Source: an uncultured Bordetella sp. (GTDB taxonomy: Bacteria > Pseudomonadota > Gammaproteobacteria > Burkholderiales > SG8-41). From it: a DNA stretch of 64,000 nt. Location of the stretch: assembly GCA_964433345.1 (NCBI GenBank), contig CAYSQJ010000005.1:155585-219584 (forward strand). The letters are read 5' to 3'. The stretch's first letter is position 1, and every line of letters starts with the position of its first letter. The notes under the pieces are model-generated. The model was not told the DNA's origin. It was given only the letters and a program-made list of their open reading frames with translations, and made no database searches. A program made the position numbers and the translations under genes. This document shows, in pieces, positions 17,969 to 27,478 of this stretch.

Positions 17969-19188
17969 GGCTGTTTTCCCCCGGCTGCGCGGTACTTGTC
18001 GTAGAGCACGCCTTCCGCGAACAGCGCCGCGATCTCGGCGTTGCTGCAGCCGAGGCTGCGCACGGTATCTTCGGTATGCTGGCCGAGCCAGGGCGCGGGC
18101 CTGCGGATCGCGGTCAGCTCGCCGCTCGACTTGACGGGGATGCCCAGCGATTTCATGCGGCCGATTTTCGGGTGGTCGTACTCGACTACCATGTTGCGCG
18201 CCTTGATGTGCGGGTCGCCCAGGATCTGGCTGTAGGTGTAGACCGGTCCGCCCGGCACCTGCGCTTCATCGAGCTTTTCGACCCAGTGCGCGGTCGGTGC
18301 GGTGGCGAAGACCTTTTCGATCTCGGCCTCCAGTTCGTCGATGTTCTTCAGCCGCGAGGGCAGGTCCTTGAAACGCGGGTCGGTGAGCCACTCCGGCCTG
18401 TTGCAGGTGATGGTGCAGAAATTGGTCCACAGCTTGTTGTTGTTGGCGCCGACCGTGACATAGCCGTCCTGCGTCCTGTAGGCCTGGTACGGCGTCGAGC
18501 GCCGGTGGCGGGTTCCGGTGGCCAGCGGTTCCTCGCCGCCGCCGAAGAAGGCGCCGGATTCCCAGTGCGTCCAGGCCAGTCCCGCCTCGAGCAGTGAGGT
18601 CTCGACGTACTGGCCCTTGCCGTGGCGCAGCTTGCCGATGTAGGCGCCGAGGATCGCGTAGAGCGCGGTGACGCCGCTGGCGATGTCGTTCATCGCGATG
18701 CCGACCTTGGCCGGCCGGCCGCCGGGGGCGCCGGTCATCATCATGATGCCGGACATGCCCTGGGCGACGATGTCAAAGCCGCCCTTGTGGCCGTAGGGCC
18801 CCGTCTGGCCGAAACCCGACATTGAGGCGTAGATCACACCCGGATTGAATTTGCTGACACTGTCATAGTCGATGCCCAGTTTTTTCACCACGCCGGGCCG
18901 GAAATTCTCGGTAATGATGTCGGCCTTGGCGGCGAGCTTCATGAAAATCTCCTTGCCGCGCGGGTCTTTCATGTTGATGCCTATGCTTTTCTTGTTGCGG
19001 TTGAGCACCGCGAAGCAATAGGACTCGTCGTTGACCTTCGGTTCGAAGCGCCGCGAGCCGTCGCCCTCGGGAAAATTCTCGACCTTGATGATGTCGGCGC
19101 CCATGTCCCCCAGCACCATGGTGCAGTATGGGCCCGCCATGACGGTGGTCAGGTCGAGGACAGTGACGCCTTCAAGCGGAAGTGCCAT
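17965..19188 (-). CDS. Family-III (CaiB/BaiF) CoA-transferase
   Basis: [37 protein letters not shown]; start set at the ATG with GGAG 9 nt upstream (alternatives 19203, 19245); 4-nt overlap with sugE. Confidence 0.8.
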   Translation of the reverse strand: MALPLEGVTVLDLTTVMAGPYCTMVLGDMGADIIKVENFPEGDGSRRFEPKVNDESYCFAVLNRNKKSIGINMKDPRGKEIFMKLAAKADIITENFRPGVVKKLGIDYDSVSKFNPGVIYASMSGFGQTGPYGHKGGFDIVAQGMSGIMMMTGAPGGRPAKVGIAMNDIASGVTALYAILGAYIGKLRHGKGQYVETSLLEAGLAWTHWESGAFFGGGEEPLATGTRHRRSTPYQAYRTQDGYVTVGANNNKLWTNFCTITCNRPEWLTDPRFKDLPSRLKNIDELEAEIEKVFATAPTAHWVEKLDEAQVPGGPVYTYSQILGDPHIKARNMVVEYDHPKIGRMKSLGIPVKSSGELTAIRRPAPWLGQHTEDTVRSLGCSNAEIAALFAEGVLYDKYRAAGGKQP

Positions 19189-19334
19189 GGGGAAATGCTC
19201 CATTCTGGTGCGTCGCCGGCAAGGGCGATGCCTGGGATCGGACACGGGAACGGCGGGATCCGTTCATCAGTAAGTCATGAAAAACCGTGTGTTAGGCGCA
19301 TTTTAGCGCGGTCGCGCAACCGCGAATATGAACG

Positions 19335-19363
19335 TTGCCTCATCACCTTATGTCACACATAAT
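19335..19363 (+). promoter_or_regulatory. Candidate sigma70 promoter TTGCCT-N17-CATAAT, overlapped by palindrome TTATGT-N3-ACATAA
   Basis: Hexamers at 19335-19340 and 19358-19363, 42 nt upstream of ATG 19405; palindrome 19348-19362. Confidence 0.35.
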
Positions 19364-19404
19364 GGAATCGGCTTCGAGCCCATAACCATAAAAGGAGGAG
19401 TGTC

Positions 19405-20373
19405 ATGAACTCAGCTATTCGTTTGGCTACGCTGCTGATGGCCGGGGCGCTGGCCTCGCCCCTGGCTGTATCAGCACAGAAGTATCCGGAAAAACCGGTA
19501 CGGGTGGTGATCGTATTCCCGCCCGGCGGCTCCAACGACGTGGTCGGGCGCATCGTGTTCCAGAAGGTGTCGGAACTGGCCGGCCAGCAGTTCGTCATCG
19601 ACAACCGCGGCGGCGCGGCGGGGCAGATCGGCTCCGAAATCGTCGCCAAGAGCCCGGCTGACGGTTACACGGTGATGGTGCAGTCGACGACGCATGTTGC
19701 CAACGCCCACCTCTACAAGAAACTCAACTATGACCCGCTGAAGGATTTTATCGGCATCACCACGCTGGCGCGCCAGGTGGGCATGCTGGTGGTGCATCCC
19801 TCCCTGCCTGCAAAGAACGGCAAAGAACTGATCGCGCTGGCGAAGAAGCGGCCGGGAGAATTGGTCTACGCTTCGGCGGGCAACGGCAGCTATGTGCACC
19901 TGTCGATGGCGCTGATGGCTGAGATGGCCGGCATCAGGATGGTGCATGTACCGTACAAGGGCGGCGGTCCTGCCGGCACCGCACTGATTGCGGGTGAAAC
20001 CCAGGCCATGCTGGCGACCATCGGCTCGCTGTTCCCGCATATCAAGTCCAAACGCGTGCGGCCTATCGGTGTCGCCACCGACAAGCGGGTGTCGCAGTTT
20101 CCGGATGTGCCGGCGATCGCCGAGTTCGTGCCGGGCTATGACTTCACGGCCTGGGTCGGCAGTTTCGTCCCGGCGGGCACGCCGAAGGCGGTGGTCGACA
20201 CGCTCAATGCGCTGCTGGGCAAGGCGCTCGCCGACCCCGGGGTCACCGAAAAACTGGTCGCGCAGACGCTGGATCCGATGCATATCTCCCCGGAGCAGTT
20301 CGCCGCAAGGCTCAAGTCTGACTACGACAAGTACGAGAAGGTGGTGAAAATCAGCGGCGCCAGGGTCGACTGA
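19405..20373 (+). CDS. Bug/TctC-family receptor (tandem paralogue 1 of 4)
   Basis: AGGAGG RBS; signal peptide ...GALASPLAVSA|QKYP; PVRVVIVFPPGGSNDVVGR, VPYKGGGPA. Confidence 0.85.
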   Translation: MNSAIRLATLLMAGALASPLAVSAQKYPEKPVRVVIVFPPGGSNDVVGRIVFQKVSELAGQQFVIDNRGGAAGQIGSEIVAKSPADGYTVMVQSTTHVANAHLYKKLNYDPLKDFIGITTLARQVGMLVVHPSLPAKNGKELIALAKKRPGELVYASAGNGSYVHLSMALMAEMAGIRMVHVPYKGGGPAGTALIAGETQAMLATIGSLFPHIKSKRVRPIGVATDKRVSQFPDVPAIAEFVPGYDFTAWVGSFVPAGTPKAVVDTLNALLGKALADPGVTEKLVAQTLDPMHISPEQFAARLKSDYDKYEKVVKISGARVD

Positions 20374-20460
20374 CCAACCGGCCGGGCGCGGCTTCTCCAC
20401 CGCGTCCGGCTGGCGGCGGAACAATCCGTTGCGGACCATGTCCGAGCAACGTCCCCGGCG

Positions 20461-20490
20461 TTGAACTGCGGGACAGTTGTCGCGGATAAT
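20461..20490 (+). promoter_or_regulatory. Candidate sigma70 promoter TTGAAC-N18-GATAAT
   Basis: Hexamers at 20461-20466 and 20485-20490, about 50 nt upstream of ATG 20541. Confidence 0.35.
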
Positions 20491-20540
20491 CCGCCCCCGC
20501 GCCGCCATGCGGCGTTTCCTGAACTCTCGGAGAACAATCC

Positions 20541-21512
20541 ATGTATCGAAGCATTTCCAGCCTCGCGGCTGTGATGGCCGGCGCGCTGCTGTTCGCGCCC
20601 GGACTCGTGATTGCGCAGAACTATCCGGTCAAGCCGGTGCGGGTGATCATTCCCTGGCCCCCGGGCGGCTCGAATGACATTGCAGGGCGCCTGGTGATGC
20701 AAAAGATGAGTGAAAACGTCGGCCAGCAGTTCGTCATAGACAATCGCGGCGGTGCATCCGGCATCGTCGGGTCCGACATGGTCGCGAAAAGCCCGGCCGA
20801 CGGTTACGTGATCATGGTGCACTCGACGACACATGTGTCCAATCCGCATCTTTATCGCAAGGTGCCCTATGACACGATGAAGGATTTTGTCGGCATCTCG
20901 CCACTGGCGCGACAGGTCGGCATGCTGGTGGTGCATCCCTCGCTGCCGGTGAAGACAGTCAGGGAGTTCATCGATCTCGGCCGCAAGCAGCCCAATGCCA
21001 TTACCTATTCCTCGTCGGGCAACGGCAGCTTCGTACACCTCGGCATGGCGCTGCTCAATTCGATGAGCAACACGAAGATGGTGCATGTGCCGTACAAGGG
21101 CGGTGGCCCGGCCGCGGTCGCGATTTCCTCGGGCGAAGTGCAGGCGATGATGGCCACCGTCGGCTCCGTGATTCCGCACATCAACTCGAAACGCCTGCGC
21201 CCGATTGCGGTGACTTCCGACGAATCGATCTCGCAGTTCCCGCAGGTGCCGCCGATTGCCTCGGTGGTGAAGGGTTACGAGTTCACTGCCTGGATCGGCG
21301 CGCTGGCGCCTGCCGGCGTGCCCAAGCCGATCGTCGACCGCCTCAACGCCGAGATCCAGAAGGCGCTTAAGGACAAGGGGGTTTCCGAGAAGCTGAGTGC
21401 GCAGACCTTGGATCCGATGTTCATGACGCCTGAACAGTTCGCTGCCCGGCTCAAGTCCGATTACGACAAGTACGCGAAGGTGATCAAGGAGACGGGCGCC
21501 AGGGTCGACTGA
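20541..21512 (+). CDS. Bug/TctC-family receptor (tandem paralogue 2 of 4)
   Basis: Signal peptide ...LLFAPGLVIA|QNYP; PVRVIIPWPPGGSNDIAGR, VPYKGGGPA. Confidence 0.85.
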   Translation: MYRSISSLAAVMAGALLFAPGLVIAQNYPVKPVRVIIPWPPGGSNDIAGRLVMQKMSENVGQQFVIDNRGGASGIVGSDMVAKSPADGYVIMVHSTTHVSNPHLYRKVPYDTMKDFVGISPLARQVGMLVVHPSLPVKTVREFIDLGRKQPNAITYSSSGNGSFVHLGMALLNSMSNTKMVHVPYKGGGPAAVAISSGEVQAMMATVGSVIPHINSKRLRPIAVTSDESISQFPQVPPIASVVKGYEFTAWIGALAPAGVPKPIVDRLNAEIQKALKDKGVSEKLSAQTLDPMFMTPEQFAARLKSDYDKYAKVIKETGARVD

Positions 21513-21536
21513 CCGGTGTTCCTGCTGCATGAAGAA

Positions 21537-21562
21537 AGCCGGCGCCCGCGCCGGCTTTTTTG
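21537..21562 (+). terminator. Rho-independent terminator
   Basis: agccggcg-ccc-cgccggc followed by tttttt. Confidence 0.75.
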
Positions 21563-21570
21563 CGTCCGGT

Positions 21571-21599
21571 TTGTGGTCACCGGGCATTTTGTCCATAAT
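21571..21599 (+). promoter_or_regulatory. Candidate sigma70 promoter TTGTGG-N17-CATAAT
   Basis: Hexamers at 21571-21576 and 21594-21599, about 57 nt upstream of ATG 21656. Confidence 0.3.
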
Positions 21600-21655
21600 G
21601 TGTGCGAGCCGGCGTCGGTAGCGGCACGGTTTCCCATAACAACAGGAGGAGATGG

Positions 21656-22642
21656 ATGATGAACAGCAACAGCATGATGTGCCGCGCGCCGCTGCTTGCG
21701 GCACTGGCAGCAACGGCCTGGGCGGTTTCACCTGCGCTGCAGGCGCAGAACTATCCCTCAAAACCGGTGCGGGTCATTGTGGCCTGGCCGCCGGGTGGTG
21801 CCAACGACATCGCCGGCCGCATCGTCGCGCAGAAGCTCACCGAGAACACAGGCCAGCAGTTCGTCATCGACAACCGTGCCGGCGCTTCCGGCATTCTCGG
21901 CTCCGACCTGGTGGCGAAGAGTCCGGCCGACGGCTACACGATCTTGGTGCATTCGGCCACGCACATGTCGAATCCGCATCTCTACAGCAAGGTCCCGTAC
22001 GACACGCTGAAGGATTTTGTCGGCGTCTCGCCGCTCGGCCGCCAGGTCGGCATGCTGGTGGTGCATCCCTCGCTGCCGGTGAAGACGGTCAAGGAATTCA
22101 TCGACCTCGGTCGCAAGCGGCCCAACGACATCACTTATTCCTCATCCGGCAACGGCAGCTTCGTGCACCTGGCGATGGCGCTGATCAACTCGATGAGCAA
22201 CACGAAGATGGTGCACGTGCCGTACAAGGGCGGTGGACCGGCCGCGGTGGCGATTGCTTCGGGTGAGGTGCAGGCAATGACAGCCACTGTCGGATCGGTG
22301 ATTCCGCATCTCAACGCGAAACGCCTGCGCCCGGTTGCGGTGACTTCCGAGGATCGCATCAGGCAATTCCCGGATGTTCCGGCGGTCGGTGAAACCATCA
22401 AGGGCTACGAGTTCACGGCCTGGGTCGGCACCTTCGCGCCGGCAAAAACGCCGAAGGACATCGTCGATCGTCTGAATGCGGAGATCCAGAAGGCGATGAA
22501 GGACAAGGGTGTTGCTGACAAACTCGGCGCGCAGACGCTGGATCCGATGTTCATGACGCCGGAGCAGTTTGCCGCGCGCCTGAAGTCCGATTACGACAAG
22601 TACGGCAGGCTGATCAAGGAGACAGGAGCCAAAGCCGGCTGA
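21656..22642 (+). CDS. Bug/TctC-family receptor (tandem paralogue 3 of 4)
   Basis: Trimmed to MMNSNSMMCRAPLLAALAATAWAVSPALQA|QNYP after AGGAGG; very similar to paralogue 2. Confidence 0.85.
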   Translation: MMNSNSMMCRAPLLAALAATAWAVSPALQAQNYPSKPVRVIVAWPPGGANDIAGRIVAQKLTENTGQQFVIDNRAGASGILGSDLVAKSPADGYTILVHSATHMSNPHLYSKVPYDTLKDFVGVSPLGRQVGMLVVHPSLPVKTVKEFIDLGRKRPNDITYSSSGNGSFVHLAMALINSMSNTKMVHVPYKGGGPAAVAIASGEVQAMTATVGSVIPHLNAKRLRPVAVTSEDRIRQFPDVPAVGETIKGYEFTAWVGTFAPAKTPKDIVDRLNAEIQKAMKDKGVADKLGAQTLDPMFMTPEQFAARLKSDYDKYGRLIKETGAKAG

Positions 22643-22666
22643 ACGTCATAACGACCATATCGTGCA

Positions 22667-22696
22667 AAAGCCGGCGCCTGTCGCCGGCTTTTTTTG
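22667..22696 (+). terminator. Rho-independent terminator
   Basis: aaaagccggcg-cctgt-cgccggc followed by ttttttt. Confidence 0.75.
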
Positions 22697-22705
22697 TCCC
22701 GAACA

Positions 22706-22734
22706 TTGTAGAGGGGGGTGGTTTTCCGGATAAT
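22706..22734 (+). promoter_or_regulatory. Candidate sigma70 promoter TTGTAG-N17-GATAAT
   Basis: Hexamers at 22706-22711 and 22729-22734, about 52 nt upstream of ATG 22786. Confidence 0.3.
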
Positions 22735-22785
22735 CGGGCACAGTCCCGCGCGATGAACGCGGGGGCATACTGAAGGAGGAAATAC

Positions 22786-23760
22786 ATGAAAGCAGTACTC
22801 AGCATTGCCGGCGTTGCGCTGGTTGCAGCGTTTGGCGCGCCATTGGCGGTTCAGGCGCAGAATTATCCGTCCAAGGTTGTGCGCGTGGTCATTCCCTGGC
22901 CACCGGGCGGCTCCAACGATGTGGTCGGTCGCGTCGTGATGCAGAAGGTGTCGGAAGCCCTTGGCCAGCAGTTCGTCATCGACAACCGCGGGGGCGCATC
23001 GGGTTCGATCGGCGCCGACGTCGTCGCCAAGGCTGCTCCCGATGGCTACACCATCATGGTGCACTCGACGACCCATGTCGGCAACGCCCATCTCTACGGC
23101 AAGAAGCTCGCATACGACACGCTGAAGGATTTTACCGGCATCGGCAGGCTTTCAGCACAGCCCGGCGTGCTCACCGTGCATCCCTCGCTGCCGGTGAAAA
23201 ACGTCAAGGAGTTCATCGCACTGGCCAAATCACGGCCGGGCCAGATCAACTATTCGTCTTCTGGCAACGGCAGCGCGCCTCATTTGCAGATGGCGCTGCT
23301 GATCTCGATGACCGGCATCAAGATCACCCACGTGCCGTACAAAGGCGGCGCGCCACAGGTCACGGCGCTGATGGCCGGCGAGACGCAAGCCTCGTTCGCC
23401 ACTGTGGGCACGGTGATCAACCACATCCGCAACGGCAAGCTGCGTCCGCTGGGTCTGGGTTCGACCAATCCGAGCAAGGCACTGCCGAATGTGCCGACGC
23501 TGTCGGAATCAGGCGTTCCCGGCTACGACATGAGCCCGTGGATTGGCGCCTTCGCGCCGGCCGGCACGCCGAAGCCGATCATCGACCGCCTCAACGCCGA
23601 GATCAACAAGGCGCTGGCGTTGCCCGAGGTGATCAAGACCCTGGAAAACCAGGCACTGGATCCTTCACCGACCACGGTGGACCAGTTCAATGCCACGATC
23701 AAGGCTGATTACGAGAAGTACGGCAAGCTGATCAAGATGACCGGCGCCAAGGTCGAATAA
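22786..23760 (+). CDS. Bug/TctC-family receptor (tandem paralogue 4 of 4)
   Basis: Signal peptide ...AFGAPLAVQA|QNYP; VVRVVIPWPPGGSNDVVGR, VPYKGGAPQ. Confidence 0.85.
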   Translation: MKAVLSIAGVALVAAFGAPLAVQAQNYPSKVVRVVIPWPPGGSNDVVGRVVMQKVSEALGQQFVIDNRGGASGSIGADVVAKAAPDGYTIMVHSTTHVGNAHLYGKKLAYDTLKDFTGIGRLSAQPGVLTVHPSLPVKNVKEFIALAKSRPGQINYSSSGNGSAPHLQMALLISMTGIKITHVPYKGGAPQVTALMAGETQASFATVGTVINHIRNGKLRPLGLGSTNPSKALPNVPTLSESGVPGYDMSPWIGAFAPAGTPKPIIDRLNAEINKALALPEVIKTLENQALDPSPTTVDQFNATIKADYEKYGKLIKMTGAKVE

Positions 23761-23786
23761 CCAAACTGGTGATTTCTGTTGAAGCT

Positions 23787-23816
23787 GCAGGCGCGGATTC
23801 CGCGCCTGCTTTTTTT
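23787..23816 (+). terminator. Rho-independent terminator
   Basis: gcaggcgcgg-attc-cgcgcctgc followed by ttttttt. Confidence 0.75.
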
Positions 23817-23847
23817 GTGGTGATCGAAGGAAGGGCGGGGCAGGCGC

Positions 23848-24642
23848 ATGGATCTGGGCATCAAGGGTGAATGGGCGCTGGTCGTAGGCGCCAGCGAAGG
23901 CATCGGTTACGAATGCGCGAAGGGGCTGCTGGAAGAGGGCGCCGAGGTGATGATCTGTTCGCGCAGCGCGGACAGGCTGAAGCAGGCCGCGGCTGAACTG
24001 GAGCGCGCCACCGGACGTGCGGTGCGCTGGTTCGCAGCCGACGTGACCAAGGCCGGCGATGTGGCGGCGCTGCAGTCCTGGCTTGTGCAGCAGACCGGCC
24101 GGCTCGACATCCTGGTGTCGGCGGTCGGCGGCAGCCAGCGCGCGCTGTTCGGCGAGCTCGACGACGCCGCCTGGTATGCGAATTACGAATTCAACGTGAT
24201 GGGCACGGTGCGTGTGATCCGCGCGGCGCTGGAACCGCTCAAGCAGTCGGTGAAAGGCGGGCGCATCGTGATCCTCGGCGCGGCGGGTCCGCGCATGCCC
24301 TATCCGCACCAGCTGGTGTCCAATGTGCACAAGGCCGGGCTGATCGCGATGGTGAAGACGCTCGGCGTCGAGTTTTTGCCCTTCAATATCCGGGTCAATT
24401 CGGTGTCGCCGGGGCGCACGATGACTGGATTGTGGACAAAACGGATCGCCGGACTCTCGCAGGAACGCGGCGTGCCGGCGGAGCAGATTGCCGCCGAGTT
24501 CACGCATGAAATCCCGATGGGCCGCTTCGGCAGGCCGGAAGAGATCGCGCCGATGGTGGTGTTCCTCGCCTCGCACAAGACCAGCTACGTCACCTGCCAG
24601 TCGATCCTGGTGGACGGCGGCATCGCAAGGGGCCTGATCTAG
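23848..24642 (+). CDS. SDR-family oxidoreductase
   Basis: 264 aa; N-terminal VVGASEGIGYE dinucleotide-binding motif, NVHKAG (YxxxK-region variant), C-terminal SYVTCQSILVDGG. Confidence 0.8.
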   Translation: MDLGIKGEWALVVGASEGIGYECAKGLLEEGAEVMICSRSADRLKQAAAELERATGRAVRWFAADVTKAGDVAALQSWLVQQTGRLDILVSAVGGSQRALFGELDDAAWYANYEFNVMGTVRVIRAALEPLKQSVKGGRIVILGAAGPRMPYPHQLVSNVHKAGLIAMVKTLGVEFLPFNIRVNSVSPGRTMTGLWTKRIAGLSQERGVPAEQIAAEFTHEIPMGRFGRPEEIAPMVVFLASHKTSYVTCQSILVDGGIARGLI

Positions 24643-24646
24643 CCGG

Positions 24647-24679
24647 CCCTCACCCCCGACCCCTCTTCCTCGGGGGGGG
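24647..24679. repeat. Degenerate copy of the CCCCTCACCC/GGGGAGAGGG REP family
   Basis: ccctcacccccgacccctcttcctcgggggggg. Confidence 0.5.
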
Positions 24680-24693
24680 CGAAGGTGATATGC

Positions 24694-24719
24694 GATGGCC
24701 GTGCATCCGCACGGCCATC
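24694..24719 (+). terminator. Perfect 11-bp stem-loop downstream of the SDR gene (no T-run)
   Basis: gatggccgtgc-atcc-gcacggccatc. Confidence 0.3.
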
Positions 24720-24972
24720 TGAATGAAACGGGCGACCTTGCGCGCAGCTTGATCTGAACGAACTTCCGGGGCGCGTCCGTATCGTGGCGGACGCTCGGTC
24801 CGCGGTTGCCGCTGCCCGGCTAATTGGGCATTATCTGCGGGCGTGCAGGAACAACAAAAACACCGCCTGCCCGCCTGTCGGAGGAGATAATGGCGCGTAC
24901 CCGTACCGCCGGCATTGATCCGCAGCTGACCGCAGCACCCTCAGGATCAACAGCACAGACAGGAAAACCCGA

Positions 24973-26208
24973 ATGTACGATCTTAAGTTGACGGCGGAGC
25001 AACTCGAGTTCCGCGATGCCATCCGCGATTTTGTCGAGCGCGAAGTCAAACCCGCGGCGACCGACCCCAAGCGGCTCGAGCCTTTCGAGAAGCCGCTGAT
25101 GACGGATTTTCTGGACCAGCTTTCGCAGATGGGACTGCGCGGCCTCGCGCTGCCGGAGGATGCGGGCGGGGCCGGCGCCGACCTGCTCACCCAATGCCTG
25201 CTGCTGGAGGAGATTGCCGCAGGCGATGTCGACCTTGCGATGGTGCTGGGCGAAACCGCACTGCTGGCGCGCGCCGCGCACGGTGCGATGAATGACGCGC
25301 AGCGCGCGCGCTGGCTGCCGAAGTTCGAGGCCGGCGACCGTTTCCACCTCGCGCTGATCGCGCGCGACGAAACGGTGCAACGCGCCTGGAGCTACCACCA
25401 GCCGGCGCCGGAAGATGCCGAAATGATGGGCGAACCCGAACTGCTCGCCTCCCGTGACGGCAAGGGCTGGATCATCAAGGGACTGGCGCCCTTTGTCGCC
25501 AACGCGCCGGTCGCAGGGCTGTTCATCGTGCAGGCGAAGATCGACGGCGAACCGGGCACGGTGACCGTGCTGATCGGGCGGGATGCGAAAGGGCTGGAAA
25601 TCGACGAAGCGCTGCCGGCATTCGGCGACGGCGGCGAGCGCGCGCGCTGGCACCACGGCGCGGTGGCCTCGGTGGCGCTGAACGATTGCAAGGTCGGCGC
25701 CGATGACGTGATTGCCGCCGATGCGGCGCATCGCATGCTGCAGTCCGACCTGGCCGCGCGGCGCATGCTGCAGACCGCGGCGGTCAATGTCGGCGTGGCG
25801 CGCGCGGCCTACGAGGCGGCGGTGGACTACGCAAAAATGCGCTGGCAGGGCGGACGCCACATCATCGAACACCAGTCCATCGGCATGAAACTCGCCGATG
25901 TCGCCATCCAGCTCGAGGCGGCGCGTGCGCTGGTGCTGAAGGCGGCGTGGATCGCCGATCATCCCGATGCCGTCGGCGAGCGCCATGTCAGCGATCTGCC
26001 CTGGCACGTGGTGGCGCGCAGCTTCACTGCGCAGGCACTGCACCGCGCGACGCTGGAATCAGCCGAATGTTTCGGCGCGATGGGCGTGATGCGCGACATG
26101 CCCTTGCAGAAGTATGTGCACGACACCCTGGTGTTGCAGCATTCCGTCGATAACGATCTCGCGGCGCCGCTGGCAGTGGCCGAGGCCGTTGCCGGTCATT
26201 CGCGGTGA
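24973..26208 (+). CDS. Acyl-CoA dehydrogenase-family protein (divergent, first of an adjacent pair)
   Basis: 411 aa; N-terminal LTAEQLEFRDAIRDFVEREV and overall ACAD layout. Confidence 0.7.
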   Translation: MYDLKLTAEQLEFRDAIRDFVEREVKPAATDPKRLEPFEKPLMTDFLDQLSQMGLRGLALPEDAGGAGADLLTQCLLLEEIAAGDVDLAMVLGETALLARAAHGAMNDAQRARWLPKFEAGDRFHLALIARDETVQRAWSYHQPAPEDAEMMGEPELLASRDGKGWIIKGLAPFVANAPVAGLFIVQAKIDGEPGTVTVLIGRDAKGLEIDEALPAFGDGGERARWHHGAVASVALNDCKVGADDVIAADAAHRMLQSDLAARRMLQTAAVNVGVARAAYEAAVDYAKMRWQGGRHIIEHQSIGMKLADVAIQLEAARALVLKAAWIADHPDAVGERHVSDLPWHVVARSFTAQALHRATLESAECFGAMGVMRDMPLQKYVHDTLVLQHSVDNDLAAPLAVAEAVAGHSR

Positions 26209-26214
26209 TATAGC

Positions 26215-26244
26215 AAGTAATTGATTTTATTGATAAAATTTAAA
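26215..26244 (+). promoter_or_regulatory. AT-rich recurrent element (IHF-site-like), copy 3
   Basis: aagtaattgattttattgataaaatttaaa; the reverse complement contains aATCAAttacTTg, a full match to WATCAANNNNTTR. Confidence 0.6.
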
Positions 26245-26252
26245 GGTTGATC

Positions 26253-27449
26253 ATGGATTTTTCGCTCAACGAAGAACAGCGTCACTGGCAGACTGAAGCC
26301 CGGCGTTTTGCCGATGAGGAAATCCGCCCGCTGTCGCTGGCGCGCGACCAGATTGCCGATCCCAAGGCGACTTTCGACTGGACCATCATCAAGCGCGGCT
26401 CCGAACTCGGTTTCCGCACGCTGGCGGTACCCAAGGAATGGGGCGGCCACGAGGCCGACTTCGTGACCCAGGCGCTGGTGATGGCGGAACTCGCGCGCGG
26501 CGACAGCTCGGTATCCAAAACCTTCAGCCAGTGCTGGAAGTGGAGCCACCTGATCGCGGCGTCCTGCACCAAGGACCAGAAGGAGCGTTTCCTCAAGCCC
26601 TTCATGGCCGACCACGGCTTCGTGCTCGGCAAGGGCGGCACCGAAGCCAATGCCGGATCCGACAACCGGATGCCGCCGGAGAACGACCCCAAGGCCGGCT
26701 GGCGCCTGCGCGCCGAGCGCGACGGCGACCACTGGGTGCTCAACGGCAGCAAGATGTTCATTGCCAACGGCAGCGTCGCCAAGCTGTTCTTCGTCGATGC
26801 GCGCACCAATCCCGACGCCAACATCCGCGAGGGCAGCACGATGTTCATGATCCCGAAGGACACCCCGGGATTCCGCATCGGCAAGGTGTTCAACAAGCGC
26901 GGCTGGCGGTTCTACCAGAATGGCGAATTGATATTCGAGAACTGCCGCGTGCCGCATGCCAACGTCGTCGGCGAAGTCAACGGCGGCGTCAAGGCGCGCG
27001 CCACCGACAAGTCGGAGTTCGGCGACATCGAGCTGGCCGCCAACGCGCTGGGCATCTGCGAGGACGCCTGCGGCATGGCGATGAATTTCGCCAAGACGCA
27101 GAAGCGTGCCGGCAGGCTGGTCATCGATCACCAGCTGGTGCAGCTGAAGCTGAACGAGATGTACATGCTGACCGAGGCGCTGCGCGCCTTCGTATTGCGC
27201 ACCGCCTGGGAGCGCGACCGCAAGCTGCCGGACCTCGGCAACAACGTGCTGGTGATGAACTATTCTCAGGAAGTCGTGCAGCGCGTGACCCGCGCCAACA
27301 TGGACATCCACGGTCCCGAGGGCTGCATGATGCATGCCCGCGTCGACAAGCTGGTGCGCGACGCGATGGTGTGGACCCACCTCGCTGGCGACACCGTGCA
27401 GCGGGTCAAGGTCGTCAAGCGGCTGCCGATGATGCCGCTGCTGATGTAG
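26253..27449 (+). CDS. Acyl-CoA dehydrogenase-family protein (second of the pair)
   Basis: ATG 26253 (MDFSLNEEQRHWQ...) preferred over TTG 26247; ACAD fold motifs GGTEANAGSD, WVLNGSKMFIANG. Confidence 0.8.
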   Translation: MDFSLNEEQRHWQTEARRFADEEIRPLSLARDQIADPKATFDWTIIKRGSELGFRTLAVPKEWGGHEADFVTQALVMAELARGDSSVSKTFSQCWKWSHLIAASCTKDQKERFLKPFMADHGFVLGKGGTEANAGSDNRMPPENDPKAGWRLRAERDGDHWVLNGSKMFIANGSVAKLFFVDARTNPDANIREGSTMFMIPKDTPGFRIGKVFNKRGWRFYQNGELIFENCRVPHANVVGEVNGGVKARATDKSEFGDIELAANALGICEDACGMAMNFAKTQKRAGRLVIDHQLVQLKLNEMYMLTEALRAFVLRTAWERDRKLPDLGNNVLVMNYSQEVVQRVTRANMDIHGPEGCMMHARVDKLVRDAMVWTHLAGDTVQRVKVVKRLPMMPLLM

Positions 27450-27478
27450 CGGGTCGGCGCGAACGCGCTTCCGGATAC

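Noticed and set aside
20322-21761. Long minus-strand ORFs antisense to the tandem Bug genes (19471..20508, 20322..21761, 22591..23091, 23665..24576), plus similar ones at 9304..10467, 11084..12640, 24820..26043, 26196..27380, 28521..30152, 51726..53498 and 53610..54452
   Set aside because: All overlap well-supported genes on the other strand, have biased Arg/His/Gly composition and show no domain signatures. They are high-GC artefacts.
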